DNA of 64,000 nucleotides from Chloroflexota bacterium (GCA_963662335.2 CAXXVD010000005.1:64001-128000), one strand, 5' to 3'. Counted from the first letter of the stretch, positions 9,056 to 19,690 are shown. The notes: generated by a model from the letters alone, not told the origin. Translations and numbers: made by a program.

Positions 9056-11554
9056 ATGGCATGGAATGACCGTTTCACCACCAAGGCACAGGAAGCGCTG
9101 GGCAAAGCCCAGGAGATAATGCTCCAGCACAAGCACAATCAGCTTGACACCGAGCACATCTTGCTGGCCCTTCTCCGGCAGAGCGACGGCTTGGTACCGC
9201 AGATGCTGGGCGTCCTCGACGTCGAGCCCGCGCAGCTCGAGCAACGCCTGGAGATGTCGCTGCGGCCCCGGCCGCAGGTATCGTTCGGTCAAGGCGGGCA
9301 GGCGTCGTACTACCTCACGCCGCGCGCCCAGCGCGTGTTCGCTCTGGCCGAGGAAGAGGCGAACCGCCTCAAGGATGAGTACATAGGCGCTGAACACCTC
9401 TTGATTGCCATTGCCGTGGCCGAAGACGGGCACGCGCACCGCATTCTGCAGGAAGCGGGCGTCGATCGAGAGAAGATCTACCAGGCGTTGGAGAAGGTGC
9501 GCGGCTCCCATCGCGTCACCGACCCGGAGGCGGAATCCAAGTACCGCATGTTGGAGCGCTACGGTCTCGATCTCACGCAGTTCGCCCGCAACGGCAAGCT
9601 CGACCCGGTCATTGGCCGCAATGAGGAAATCCACCGCGTGATGCAGATCCTCTCGCGCCGCACCAAGAACAACCCGGTCCTCATGGGTGAGCCCGGCGTC
9701 GGCAAGACCGCCATCGTGGAAGGCTTGGCGCAGCGCGTCGAGAGCGGCGACGTGCCGGAGCAATTGCGCGAAAAGCGCGTCATCGCTCTGGACATGGCCG
9801 CGCTGCTGGCGGGCGCGAAGTTCCGGGGTGAATTCGAGGAGCGTCTGAAGGGCGTCGTGGACGAGGTGCAGCAGGCCAAGCGCGAGGTCATTCTCTTCAT
9901 CGACGAACTCCACACGGTGGTCGGCGCGGGCGGGGCCGAGGGCGCAATCGACGCGGCCAACATCCTCAAGCCGGCCCTGGCGCGCGGCGAGTTGCAGGTG
10001 GTCGGCGCCACTACCCTCGACGAGTACCGCCGCCACATCGAGAGAGACTCCGCGTTGGAGCGCCGGTTCCAGCCGGTCTACGTCGAAGAACCGACCGTAG
10101 AGGACGCGATAGCCATTCTGCGGGGGCTGCGCGAGAAGTATGAGACGCACCACGGCCTGAAGATCCATGACGGCGCCGTGACCGCGGCCGCCAAGCTATC
10201 GCACCGGTACCTCACCGAGCGCTTCCTGCCGGATAAGGCGATCGACCTCATCGATGAGGCGGCGGCCAAGGTGCGCATGGAGATCTTCAACATGCCGGCG
10301 GACATCAAGGAGCTTGAGAAGCGGCTCAAGCAGACCGAAGCGCAGGAAGAAGCCGCCTGGCAGAGCCGCGACTATGAGCACGCCGCCAATTGCCGCACCG
10401 AGCGCTTGCGGTTGCAAGACGAGTACCAATCCGCCCGCGAGCAGTGGCTTGGCAGCCAAGAGACGCGGGACGAGGTTGACGCGAAAGACGTGGCGCAGGT
10501 GCTGGCCAAGTGGACCGGCATCCCGGTTGCCCAACTCTTCCAAGAGGAAGCGCAAAAGCTCTTGCAGATGGAGGCGGAACTCCACAAGCGCATCGTGAAT
10601 CAAGAGGAAGCAATCGCAGCGGTCTCCGAAGCGATTCGCCGCTCGCGCTCGGGGCTGGCAAATCCGAAGCGTCCGATTGGCAGTTTCCTCTTCGTCGGCC
10701 CCACCGGCGTCGGCAAGTCCGAACTGGCGCGGGCGCTCGCCGAATTCATGTTCGACGACCAGGACGCCCTGGTGCGCATCGATATGTCCGAGTATCGGGA
10801 GCGGCACAGCGTGAGCCGTCTCATCGGCGCGCCGCCGGGCTACGTCGGCTACGAGGAGGGCGGCCAGTTGACCGAGGCCGTACGGCGCAGGCCCTACCGG
10901 GTGGTGCTCTTCGACGAGATCGAGAAGGCGCACCCCGACGTCTTCAACACGTTGCTCCAGGTCATGGAGGACGGCCGCCTGACGGACGGGCACGGCCACG
11001 TGGTGGACTTCCGCAACACCGTCATCATCATGACCTCCAACGCCGGCGCCAACGTGCTGCGCGCCAACGGCGTGCTCGGCTTCCAGCCCGGCGGCACGGA
11101 TGAAGAGCGGGAAGACTACGCAGCGACCACGGCCAAGCTGCACCGGGAGTTGCGGCAGGCGTTCCGGCCCGAGTTTCTCAACCGTATCGATGAGATCATC
11201 GTCTTCCACTACTTGAACAAGCGCCAACTGCAAGACGTGGTGGAGCGCATGTTGGCGGAAGTGCGGCTGCGCTTGGCGGAGCGGGGTGTTACGCTAGAGG
11301 TACGCCCAGCCGCCAAGTCCTGGCTGGTGGAACACGGCTACGACCACGACTACGGCGCGCGGCCCTTGCGCCGGTTCGTGCAGCGCGAGATCGAGAACGC
11401 GCTCGCCAAGATGCTGCTCAGTAACGAACTGGCGGAAGGTTCCCGCGTGACGGTGGATCTGGAAGGAGAAACGCTGCGCTTCGGCGCTTCCGCGGCGGAT
11501 TCGGCGGAGTCGCGGTCACCGGAAACCGAAGGCGCGTTGGAGGCGGCATCTTAG
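9056..11554 (+). CDS. clpC: Clp/Hsp100 AAA+ ATPase, ClpC-type (ClpB-like N-terminus)
   Basis: Two NBDs ([16 protein letters not shown]), Clp-N repeats, short UVR-like middle domain ([14 protein letters not shown]) and a VLGF loop. ClpB is the alternative call. Confidence 0.8.
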   Translation: MAWNDRFTTKAQEALGKAQEIMLQHKHNQLDTEHILLALLRQSDGLVPQMLGVLDVEPAQLEQRLEMSLRPRPQVSFGQGGQASYYLTPRAQRVFALAEEEANRLKDEYIGAEHLLIAIAVAEDGHAHRILQEAGVDREKIYQALEKVRGSHRVTDPEAESKYRMLERYGLDLTQFARNGKLDPVIGRNEEIHRVMQILSRRTKNNPVLMGEPGVGKTAIVEGLAQRVESGDVPEQLREKRVIALDMAALLAGAKFRGEFEERLKGVVDEVQQAKREVILFIDELHTVVGAGGAEGAIDAANILKPALARGELQVVGATTLDEYRRHIERDSALERRFQPVYVEEPTVEDAIAILRGLREKYETHHGLKIHDGAVTAAAKLSHRYLTERFLPDKAIDLIDEAAAKVRMEIFNMPADIKELEKRLKQTEAQEEAAWQSRDYEHAANCRTERLRLQDEYQSAREQWLGSQETRDEVDAKDVAQVLAKWTGIPVAQLFQEEAQKLLQMEAELHKRIVNQEEAIAAVSEAIRRSRSGLANPKRPIGSFLFVGPTGVGKSELARALAEFMFDDQDALVRIDMSEYRERHSVSRLIGAPPGYVGYEEGGQLTEAVRRRPYRVVLFDEIEKAHPDVFNTLLQVMEDGRLTDGHGHVVDFRNTVIIMTSNAGANVLRANGVLGFQPGGTDEEREDYAATTAKLHRELRQAFRPEFLNRIDEIIVFHYLNKRQLQDVVERMLAEVRLRLAERGVTLEVRPAAKSWLVEHGYDHDYGARPLRRFVQREIENALAKMLLSNELAEGSRVTVDLEGETLRFGASAADSAESRSPETEGALEAAS

Positions 11555-11604
11555 ACAAAGTCAGCCGTAAGCTAGCGGGCCGACGTGCACACGCATCGGA
11601 TTGG

Positions 11605-11790
11605 TACTCTCAATGGTCGTGTGACGGCGACACAAGGGATTGAGAGTAGGAGCTGATGGCTTGACTGTCATTACCGCGAAAGCGGGAATCCAATGTGTGC
11701 GCGTCGAAGATGGATTCCCGCATTCGCGGTAATGACGGACTGTAGATCGCTTTTCTCATAGTAGTCACAATCTTCATGGCAATCACATGA
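11605..11790. repeat. Composite palindromic element (hairpin plus REP doublet)
   Basis: TACTCTCAAT/ATTGAGAGTA inverted arms; GTCATTACCGCGAAAGCGGGAATCCA and its inverted copy TGGATTCCCGCATTCGCGGTAATGAC. Confidence 0.75.
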
Positions 11791-12044
11791 AACGCACAAG
11801 CGAGGTTGATCACGCGCTGCCCCGTAGTTCCCGCTACTGGGGCAGTGGCAGTAACGCGCCGCCGGTTCTCCGCTAAGCGGAGGCCATCTGCTGCCCCGAT
11901 CCTCAATCCGGCGCGGCGCGGCTGCACGCGGCCGGCGCACGTGGCGCCTGGAGCGCCGTGGCCGCCTACACCCGCGTCCACGACGCTCAGGCGTTGGGCG
12001 GCAGCAGAGACTCTTCTCAGAACCACCCAGGTTGCCCGTTAACC

Positions 12045-12068
12045 GTAGCGCGGGGGCTTGTCCCCCGC
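12045..12068 (+). repeat. GTAG-type REP (family C)
   Basis: GTAGCGCGGGGGCTTGTCCCCCGC. Confidence 0.85.
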
Positions 12069-12112
12069 CGCCATGCGGCAACCGCTTGACTTGACCGAAG
12101 GAGCCTATTCTC

Positions 12113-13897
12113 GTGAGCGCACCCTGGAAGCGCACCCATACCTGCGGCGAGTTGCGCGAGCAACACGTCGCGCAGGACGTTACGTTGAACGGCTGGGTCC
12201 ACCGCCGCCGCGACCACGGCGGCATCGTCTTCATCGACCTGCGCGACCGCTACGGCATTACGCAGGTCGTCATCGACCCGCAAGCCTCAGAGGACACCCT
12301 GGCCGCCGTGGCCCAGGTCCGCAATGAGTTCGTGCTCAGCCTCACAGGCACGGTGCAAACGCGCCCGGCAGGCACGCGGAACCCCAGCTTGCCCACCGGC
12401 GACGTCGAGGTGCACGCCGCGTCGCTGCAGATCCTCTCGGTCACGCAGACACCGCCGTTCGACCTCAACAACCCCGCTTTGGAGGTGGACGAGGCCATCC
12501 GCCTGCGCTACCGCTACCTGGACCTGCGGCGGGAGGAGATGCAGCGCACGCTGGAGTTGCGGCACAAGCTGATCAAGGCGATCCGCGACTTCATGGACGC
12601 GGATGGCTTCTGGGAGATCGAGACGCCCATCCTGCTCAAGAGCACGCCCGAGGGCGCCCGCGACTACCTGGTGCCCAGCCGCGTCCATCCGGGCCGGTTC
12701 TACGCCCTGCCGCAATCGCCCCAGCAATTGAAGCAACTGCTCATGGTCTCCGGCATGGACCGTTACTTCCAGATTGCCCGCTGCTTCCGGGACGAAGACC
12801 CGCGCGCCGACCGCCAGCCCGAATTCACGCAGCTTGACGTAGAAATGGCCTTCGTTGAACGCGATGACGTCATGGGCGTCATCGAGCGCCTCTACCTGGA
12901 GTTGGCCGATACCCTCACTGAGAAAGCAGTGCAGGCGCGGCCGATCCCGCGCATCCCCTTTGCGGAGGCCATGGCAAAATACGGCACGGACTGTCCGGAC
13001 CTGCGTTTCGGCCTGGAACTGGTGGACGTCTCAGACATCGCGCGGGAGTCGGACTTCCGCGTCTTCAAGGACGTGGTGGCCAAGGGCGGCATTGTCAAAG
13101 GCCTGCGCGCGCCGGGTTGCGCCCACTACTCGCGCAAGCAGGTGGATGAGTTGACGAACCTCGTCCGCTCGCTGGGCGGAAAAGGCATGGTCACAATCGC
13201 CCTGAAAGACGACCAGGTGCGTTCGCCGGTCTTGCGGCATCTTGGCGAGGAGGCGCCGCGGCGCATGGCCGCGGCGCTTGCCGCACAAGCGGGCGACCTC
13301 GTGCTCATCGTGGCGGATCAGCCCGACGTAGCCAACGCCGTGCTCTCTCGCTTGCGCCTGGAGATTGGCGACCGGCTCGGTCTGCGCGATCCAAACACCC
13401 TCGCCTTCTGCTGGATCGTGGACTTTCCGCTCTTCGAGTGGGACGACGACGAAAACCGCTGGAGCTTTGTCCACAACCCCTTCTGCGGACCGTTTCCGGA
13501 AGATGCAGACCTTGTTGTCTCCGATCCGGGACGCGCCCGCTCGTTGCAGTACGACCTGGTGTGCAACGGCTGGGAAATCGGCGGGGGCAGCGTCCGCGCG
13601 CACCAGCGAGAGTTGCTCGAGCAGATTTGGCTGACCATGGGCTACTCCAAGGAACAGATTCACGAACAGATCGGCCACATGCTCGAGGCCTTCTCATACG
13701 GCGTGCCGCCCCACGGCGGCATTGCCATGGGGCTCGACCGCATCATCGCCATCTTCGCCGACGTGGAGAGCATCCGCGAGACCATCGCCTTTCCCAAGAA
13801 CCAGCAGGCCGTGGACCTCATGACGCAAGCGCCGTCGCCGGTTGACGAGGCACAGCTTAGCGAGGTGCACCTGGCGTTGCGCGCGCGGAAAGAGTAG
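12113..13897 (+). CDS. aspS: Aspartate--tRNA ligase (probably non-discriminating Asp/Asn)
   Basis: RTHTCGELR, RRRDHGG, PEGARDYLVP, LPQSPQ, CFRDEDPRADRQPEF, PPHGGIAMGLDR. Confidence 0.98.
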   Translation: MSAPWKRTHTCGELREQHVAQDVTLNGWVHRRRDHGGIVFIDLRDRYGITQVVIDPQASEDTLAAVAQVRNEFVLSLTGTVQTRPAGTRNPSLPTGDVEVHAASLQILSVTQTPPFDLNNPALEVDEAIRLRYRYLDLRREEMQRTLELRHKLIKAIRDFMDADGFWEIETPILLKSTPEGARDYLVPSRVHPGRFYALPQSPQQLKQLLMVSGMDRYFQIARCFRDEDPRADRQPEFTQLDVEMAFVERDDVMGVIERLYLELADTLTEKAVQARPIPRIPFAEAMAKYGTDCPDLRFGLELVDVSDIARESDFRVFKDVVAKGGIVKGLRAPGCAHYSRKQVDELTNLVRSLGGKGMVTIALKDDQVRSPVLRHLGEEAPRRMAAALAAQAGDLVLIVADQPDVANAVLSRLRLEIGDRLGLRDPNTLAFCWIVDFPLFEWDDDENRWSFVHNPFCGPFPEDADLVVSDPGRARSLQYDLVCNGWEIGGGSVRAHQRELLEQIWLTMGYSKEQIHEQIGHMLEAFSYGVPPHGGIAMGLDRIIAIFADVESIRETIAFPKNQQAVDLMTQAPSPVDEAQLSEVHLALRARKE

Positions 13898-13941
13898 GCG
13901 GCCGCGCCACACTCGCCGCTACCAAGGTAACTGCGTCGAGA

Positions 13942-13981
13942 CGGCCCGCTGCCGCGCGTACGCTTGCGCGGCAGCGGGCCG
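13942..13981 (+). terminator. Strong GC hairpin after aspS (possible terminator)
   Basis: 16-bp perfect stem CGGCCCGCTGCCGCGC / GCGCGGCAGCGGGCCG with an 8-nt loop; no U-tract. Confidence 0.45.
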
Positions 13982-14160
13982 GAAGACTCCGGTGCGGGAA
14001 TGCGGGGCGCCGCGTTCTGGATAAGAGGGGCTATCTGGATTCCCCAATCGTTCTCTGCTAGGCTTACTCTGTAAGGGACCGGCTCACCGCTTGGGCGCGG
14101 GTCTTTCAATTGGCCGCTCCAAGCGAGTTACAACGTGCAACACTCTACGGAGGCAGCCAC

Positions 14161-14985
14161 TTGAAGATTTACATAATGACCGACATGGAAGCGGTAGCGG
14201 GCGTTGTCGACTCGGAGAACTACTGCAACAAAGCCTCCCGCTACTATGAGCGCGGCCGCGAGTTGACGACGCTGGAGACCAATGCCGCCATCGAGGCCTG
14301 TCTGGAGGCGGGCGCGACCGAGATCCTCGTCGTGGACGGGCACGGCCACGAAGCGATCGACCCGGTGCTCCTGCACCCGGAGGCCAAGCTCCTCGCCGGT
14401 CGTCCCATCGGCTATCCGTTCGGGTGCGACGACAGTTTCGACGCCGCGCTGAGCATCGGCCAGCACGCGAAGTCCAACACCGACGGCGGCCACCTGGCGC
14501 ACACCGGCTCGTTCAACGTGGAAGAGCTTACCATCAACGGCGTTTCCGTGGGCGAGATGGGGTGCAACTTCCTCTTTGCCGGGTACTTCGGCGTGCCGAG
14601 CATCTTCCTCAGCGGCGATCAAGCGGCTTGCGACGAGGCCAAGGCGCTCGTGCCCAACATCGAGACCGCCGCCGTCAAGGCCGGGCTCCGGCACGGGCCG
14701 GCGGCGGGTCTTTCCGGGGACGAGAACCGGAAATTCAACGGCGCCGCCATCCACCTGCATCCGACCAAGGCCAGAAAACTCATCAAAGAGGGCGTGCGGC
14801 GGGCGCTCGCCAAACAGCATGAGATCAAGCCGTTTTGGCTGGAACCGCCGTATGAGCTTATCAGCGTGTCGCGACCGGAGAACGGCGTGCCGGCGCGCAC
14901 CGCCCGCGCAACCGCAGACGACGCCCTGGAACTGCTGAGTAAGCCGCGCACCTACGAATACGCCCACGCGGCCCCGGCGCGTTGA
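14161..14985 (+). CDS. M55-family D-aminopeptidase (DppA-like)
   Basis: KIYIMTDME, VVDGHG, IGQHA, LAHT, SGDQAAC; TTG start after GGAGG. Confidence 0.88.
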   Translation: MKIYIMTDMEAVAGVVDSENYCNKASRYYERGRELTTLETNAAIEACLEAGATEILVVDGHGHEAIDPVLLHPEAKLLAGRPIGYPFGCDDSFDAALSIGQHAKSNTDGGHLAHTGSFNVEELTINGVSVGEMGCNFLFAGYFGVPSIFLSGDQAACDEAKALVPNIETAAVKAGLRHGPAAGLSGDENRKFNGAAIHLHPTKARKLIKEGVRRALAKQHEIKPFWLEPPYELISVSRPENGVPARTARATADDALELLSKPRTYEYAHAAPAR

Positions 14986-15010
14986 CGCGGCGGCACACTG
15001 GGAGTAGGCC

Positions 15011-15679
15011 ATGCGGATCCTCGTCGTGGACGACGACCAGAAGATTACCGCGCTCCTGAACCGCGCGTTGACCCATCAGGGCTACGAGGTGGAACTGGCG
15101 CACGATGGCTTTCAGGCTATCTCGCTCGTGTCGCAGCGCCGGCCGCACCTTGTCGTCCTCGACATCCTCATGCCGGGTCTGGACGGCCTGGGCGTTTGCA
15201 AGCGCATCCGCCAGGAGAGCCAGGTGCCCATCCTCATGCTCACCGCCAAGGATGAAGTTTCCGACCGCGTGGTCGGCTTGGATAGCGGCGCCGACGATTA
15301 CCTGGTCAAGCCGTTCGAACTGGAAGAACTCTTTGCCCGCATCCGCGCGCTCTTGCGCCGCAGCACCTCGCCGGAAGACGAGGTGCTCAACTTCGCGGAC
15401 CTCACGTTGGACACCGTGGAGCGGCGCGCGGCGCGCGGTGCCAGAGCGATCGAACTCACGACCACGGAGTACGAACTGCTGCTCCTCTTCATGCAAAACC
15501 CGCGGCGCGTTCTCCGCCGCCACTACATCATGGAGCAAGTGTGGGGCTTCGACTTCGAGGGCGAATCGAACGTCCTGGAAGTCTACGTCGGCTACCTGCG
15601 GCAGAAGCTCGAGGCGGGCGAAGATGCGCGCATCATCTTTACGGTGCGCGGCGTCGGGTACGTGCTGCGCGAGACGTGA
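15011..15679 (+). CDS. OmpR-family response regulator (MprA-like)
   Basis: ILVVDDD, LDILMPGLDG, GADDYLVKPF, NVLEVYVGYLRQK, TVRGVGY. Confidence 0.95.
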   Translation: MRILVVDDDQKITALLNRALTHQGYEVELAHDGFQAISLVSQRRPHLVVLDILMPGLDGLGVCKRIRQESQVPILMLTAKDEVSDRVVGLDSGADDYLVKPFELEELFARIRALLRRSTSPEDEVLNFADLTLDTVERRAARGARAIELTTTEYELLLLFMQNPRRVLRRHYIMEQVWGFDFEGESNVLEVYVGYLRQKLEAGEDARIIFTVRGVGYVLRET

Positions 15680-15682
15680 CCC

Positions 15683-17149
15683 ATGTCTTTGCGGCTCCGG
15701 CTCACCATACTCGCAGGCGGCGTCCTCGCGATTACGCTCGTCATCTACTACTTCTTCACGTACGTGCTCATCTCGCGGGCGATCTACGCCGAGATCGACC
15801 AAATCCTGGAGACCCAGGTGCGCGAGTTGCTGCTCTACATCCAGCCGCGTCCCACGCTGCAGGGACTGCAAATTGCGCCGCGGCCGGAGTATAGCGACGT
15901 CTTCGTGCACTCCGCTACGTTCGTGCAGGTGGTCGGCAGCAGCGGCGCGGTGCTTGCGCGCTCGGCAAGCCTGATCGACGAGCGCCTTCCCAGCGGCGCC
16001 GAGACGCTGGAGCGCGCCCGCCGCGGCGAACCCTTCATCGAAACCGTGCCGGTTCACGGCACGCCGTTGCGCATCTATCACCATCCCTACGTGGACGGAG
16101 GGCGGCTGCTCGGCATCCTGCAAGTGGCGCGCTCGCTTACCGACGTCGAGACGAGCCTGCGCCAATTGCGCGCCATCATCCTGATTGGCGGCGGCGTCAT
16201 CGTGCTCTTTGCCACGGGCTTGGCGTACCTGGTCGCGCACGCCGGCCTCTTTCCGCTGGAACGCCTGGCGCAGACGGCGCAGCGGATCGGCCAGACGCAA
16301 GACCTCAGCCGGCGCGTGCCCCAGGCCGGCGCGAATGATGAAGTCGGCCGCCTGGCCGTGACGTTCAACGCCATGCTGGACCGCCTGCAAAGCAGCTACG
16401 CGCGCGTTGCCGAGGCGCTGGCGGCCCAGCGCCGCCTGGTGGCCGACGTGTCCCATGAACTCCGCACGCCGCTGACGGTCATTCGCGGCAACGTGGCCCT
16501 CTTGCGCGACATTCCCGACCTGCCGCCGGACGAACGCAAAGCGGCTTTGGACGACATTGCCGCCGAGGCGGAACGCATGAGCCGCTTGATCACCGACATG
16601 CTGGCGTTGGCGCGGGCCGACGCCGGCCAGACCGTGCGCCGGGAGCGTGTCGATCTCAACGCAATCGCGGCGGACGTGTGCCGCCAAGCGCCGTATTTCA
16701 ATGCCATGGTCTCGGTGGGGATGCGAGCCGCAGACGATACCGCGTACGTCTGGGGCGACCCGGACCTGCTGCGCCAACTGGTCTTGATATTGCTCGATAA
16801 CGCCCTGAAGTATACGCCCGCCGGGGGTGAGGTCACGGTGAGCACCGCCAGCGTGGGACATACCGTCTCACTGACGGTGCAAGACACCGGCATCGGCATG
16901 AGGCAGGCGGACATTGCCAGCGCCTTCGACCGCTTCTACCAGGCGGACAAGGCTCGCCGCACCGGGGGATTTGGCCTCGGGCTTTCGATTGCCAAGTGGA
17001 TTGTGGAGGCTCACGGCGCCGCGCTTGCCATAGAGAGCGCCCCCGGTCAGGGCACCACAGTAGCGGTTACGCTCCACCGCAATGCGCCGAGTGCGGAAAC
17101 AGACACGGTGGCGGTGGACACCAATCCCTCGGCAGCGGACACACCGTAG
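15683..17149 (+). CDS. HAMP-domain sensor histidine kinase (MprB-like)
   Basis: Two TM segments, HAMP, SHELRTPL, NALKY, DTGIG, GFGLGL. Confidence 0.95.
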   Translation: MSLRLRLTILAGGVLAITLVIYYFFTYVLISRAIYAEIDQILETQVRELLLYIQPRPTLQGLQIAPRPEYSDVFVHSATFVQVVGSSGAVLARSASLIDERLPSGAETLERARRGEPFIETVPVHGTPLRIYHHPYVDGGRLLGILQVARSLTDVETSLRQLRAIILIGGGVIVLFATGLAYLVAHAGLFPLERLAQTAQRIGQTQDLSRRVPQAGANDEVGRLAVTFNAMLDRLQSSYARVAEALAAQRRLVADVSHELRTPLTVIRGNVALLRDIPDLPPDERKAALDDIAAEAERMSRLITDMLALARADAGQTVRRERVDLNAIAADVCRQAPYFNAMVSVGMRAADDTAYVWGDPDLLRQLVLILLDNALKYTPAGGEVTVSTASVGHTVSLTVQDTGIGMRQADIASAFDRFYQADKARRTGGFGLGLSIAKWIVEAHGAALAIESAPGQGTTVAVTLHRNAPSAETDTVAVDTNPSAADTP

Positions 17150-17372
17150 CGCGGGGCTTGCCCCTTGTCCGCTGGCTCACGCACCGTAGCGCGGGGGCTT
17201 GTCCCCAATGCTGTCGCACCAATCCGGTGCTCTGCCGTTCGCCCTGAGCCAGGTCGAAGGGTGAACGGCACGAGCAGGACTTGCCCCTTGCCCGCCGGCT
17301 CACGCACCGTAGCGCAGGGCTTGCCCCTAGCCCGCTGGCTCACGCACCGTAGCGCGGGGGCTTGTCCCCCGC
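17142..17372. repeat. REP cluster: four GTAG-type copies with 40-nt periodicity plus one family D hairpin
   Basis: GTAG at 17146, 17186, 17309 and 17349; GCCGTTCGCCCTGAGCCAGGTCGAAGGGTGAACGGC at 17234-17269. Confidence 0.85.
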
Positions 17373-17529
17373 CTCCTGGCGCGAGAAACGCAGACTCGCT
17401 CGGGCAAGGCGTTTAGCGCCTCCACGCGGCATCTGTGCGCCTGCGCCAACTCCCGCAAGGGTATTTTGCGGCCAGGTGCGGTACACTGGAAGGAGGAGGC
17501 GTACAAGAGCAAAGGGCACGGTGACGGCA

Positions 17530-18663
17530 ATGTCCACCTACTCCGTCGGTTCAGAGAACGACAGCGCCGCCGGTGAAGCGCCGCGGCGGCCGGGGCTAGG
17601 GCAAATCATCTTGCTCAGCGTGGGGGTGGCGATGCTGACGGGCGTAGTCGCCGGCAGTCTTGCGGCCTGGTTGATCCTGCGCGATGCGCAGAGGGAGCCG
17701 GTTCCGGTCGCGCAGGCGCCCGTTGTCACCTACGTGCAAGAGGCCGAGGCCAGCGCGGCGGCGGTCTACCAGGCGGCTGCCCCCAGCGTAGTCACCGTCT
17801 TTGTGAGAGACAGCGATCTGCCCCGCGGCCTGGGTGTTGGCACCGGCGTGATCGTCGATGGACGCGGCCACATCCTGACGAACAATCACGTCATCAGCGA
17901 AGCCGACCGGGTAGGCGTGCGCTTGCTCGACGGGAGCACGCTCTTCGCGGAAGTCGTTGGCCGCGATCCGCAGACTGACCTGGCCGTAATCCGGGCTGAC
18001 TTTCCGCCGGGCACGTTGCAGGTCGCGCGCTTTGGCGATTCCGGGGCAGTGCAACCGGGCGACCCGGTCTTCGCCATTGGCGCGCCGTTCAACTACCAAC
18101 ATAGCATCACCGCCGGCATCGTGAGCGCGGTGGGCAGGACCCACCGCAGCGAAGAACGGCGCATCAGCGGTCTCATCCAGAGCGATACCGAGATCAACCC
18201 CGGCAACTCGGGCGGGCCGCTGCTTAACGCCAACGGCGAGGTGATCGGCATCACCACGGCCATCCTCACGAACAACCAACGCTTCATGGGCATCGGCCTG
18301 AGCATTCCTTCGAATCTCGTGCAGCAACTGCTGCCGCAACTCATCGCGGGTCAGGGCATTCGCCGCGCCTTCTTGGGAGTCGTAATGGCTACGCTTGACC
18401 CGCAGGAGGCCCGCGATAAGAATCTCGCCATCCGGCGCGGCGCTCAGGTGACAAGAGTTGCGCCGGGCACCGCCGCGGCCGCGGCCGGCCTGCGCAGCGC
18501 GGACATCATCATGGCAATTGACGGCGTGGCCACGAACACCACCGACGACGTTATCGCCTACCTCCAAACGAAGAGCGTGGGTGAGTCGATCGCGATTACG
18601 GTATACCGTGGCGACGAGACACTCGAAGTCGTAGCGACCCTGGGCGAAAGACCGGAAGATTGA
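17530..18663 (+). CDS. htrA: HtrA/DegP-like membrane-anchored serine protease with one PDZ domain
   Basis: TM anchor, ILTNNHV, DLAV, INPGNSGGPL, PDZ domain. Start is ATG 17530 or GTG 17521. Confidence 0.92.
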   Translation: MSTYSVGSENDSAAGEAPRRPGLGQIILLSVGVAMLTGVVAGSLAAWLILRDAQREPVPVAQAPVVTYVQEAEASAAAVYQAAAPSVVTVFVRDSDLPRGLGVGTGVIVDGRGHILTNNHVISEADRVGVRLLDGSTLFAEVVGRDPQTDLAVIRADFPPGTLQVARFGDSGAVQPGDPVFAIGAPFNYQHSITAGIVSAVGRTHRSEERRISGLIQSDTEINPGNSGGPLLNANGEVIGITTAILTNNQRFMGIGLSIPSNLVQQLLPQLIAGQGIRRAFLGVVMATLDPQEARDKNLAIRRGAQVTRVAPGTAAAAAGLRSADIIMAIDGVATNTTDDVIAYLQTKSVGESIAITVYRGDETLEVVATLGERPED

Positions 18664-18749
18664 ACGGCGCGCACACGGTGGCAGGCCCTGGCCGCTCCCG
18701 CCCGCCGCGCGCACGGCAACGGTAGCATGCTGGGTAGGAGCAATAAGCC

Positions 18750-19619
18750 ATGATGAACCAACTCCCCATGGGCGGGCACGCGCAAAGTAACCCGCAGATG
18801 CCGCAGGTGGGCGGCGACCTGCCGGACGAGCTTGACGCCAACGCCTTTCTCACCGTTGTCTCCGTGCGCGCCGTTATCACGGCCGGCTTTGCGGCCGGCG
18901 CATTGGTGCCCTGCATTCCCTTCGCGCTCTTTGGCGCGGTTGGCATCGCCGCTACGCTTCTCTTCAACCGTGGGACGATTGACTTTGCCGCGCTCTCCAC
19001 GGGCGCATCTACCGGCTTCCTGACGCCGGCGTTCGTCTTCCTGCTCGTAGTCGTCGGCAGCGGCAGCCTGGGGGCGGTCATGGGAGCGGTGCGCCGCTGG
19101 AGCGTGCGCCGGGGGATTCTGTGGAAGCTGCTGGTCGGCCACTACTTTTCATCGCATCCGGGCCCGCACTCGGTTATTGCCCTGGTCGCGGCGCCTGCGC
19201 TGATAGTGGCCGCGCTCCATGCGGTGAGCGTCGTGGGCGGCTTTACGGTGAGCATAGCGCCGGTCTTCTTCCTCATGTTTCCGCCGGCCTGGATGTTGGC
19301 CGGGCTCATGTACGAGTCGGCGTGGGAGGCGCTCCTCTTTCCCATGCTGCGCTCGCGGGCAACGGAGCCTATGAGGTGGCTGCTGCGCGAGGCCGCGCTC
19401 TTTCGCCTGTTGAAGGACGATTCGTACCTCTTCGAATGCCGTTTGCAGACGGTCAGCATCGACGCGGAATCCGGCGTGGCGCGCGTACGCGGCCACTTCC
19501 CCACGCCCGACCACGCGCGCCGGGTGCGTGAAATCGGCCTGCGGGTGGTGGGCGTGCGCGAGGTTGACGTAGCCGCGGCGCCGCTTGCTCCAACCGAGCG
19601 CCTGCCGAGCGGAACGTAG
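18750..19619 (+). CDS. Multi-pass membrane protein with C-terminal BON-like domain
   Basis: Several hydrophobic helices; C-terminal SIDAESGVARVRG..VVGVREVD matches the BON pattern. Confidence 0.65.
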   Translation: MMNQLPMGGHAQSNPQMPQVGGDLPDELDANAFLTVVSVRAVITAGFAAGALVPCIPFALFGAVGIAATLLFNRGTIDFAALSTGASTGFLTPAFVFLLVVVGSGSLGAVMGAVRRWSVRRGILWKLLVGHYFSSHPGPHSVIALVAAPALIVAALHAVSVVGGFTVSIAPVFFLMFPPAWMLAGLMYESAWEALLFPMLRSRATEPMRWLLREAALFRLLKDDSYLFECRLQTVSIDAESGVARVRGHFPTPDHARRVREIGLRVVGVREVDVAAAPLAPTERLPSGT

Positions 19620-19690
19620 TGTCTGCGGCAGCCCCAAGACGAACGAACGGCTCAACCGGGCCGCACACAGCAAGTGAGCAAGTTGGCTTC

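Noticed and set aside
11800-12112. T-box leader before aspS
   Set aside because: The only GGGTGG-like match is on the opposite strand and lacks the ACCGCG continuation and a terminator.
17142-17372. Possible CRISPR array (also 43894-44069 and 45553-45728)
   Set aside because: The units are palindromic REPs with near-identical linkers rather than unique spacers, and no cas genes are present.
17362-17529. Long N-terminal extensions in the ORF track (htrA, SBP 19619, ParB-like 49970, protease 48595, oxidoreductase 29057)
   Set aside because: They overlap repeats or upstream genes; downstream starts fit RBS position, gene overlap or paralog alignment better.
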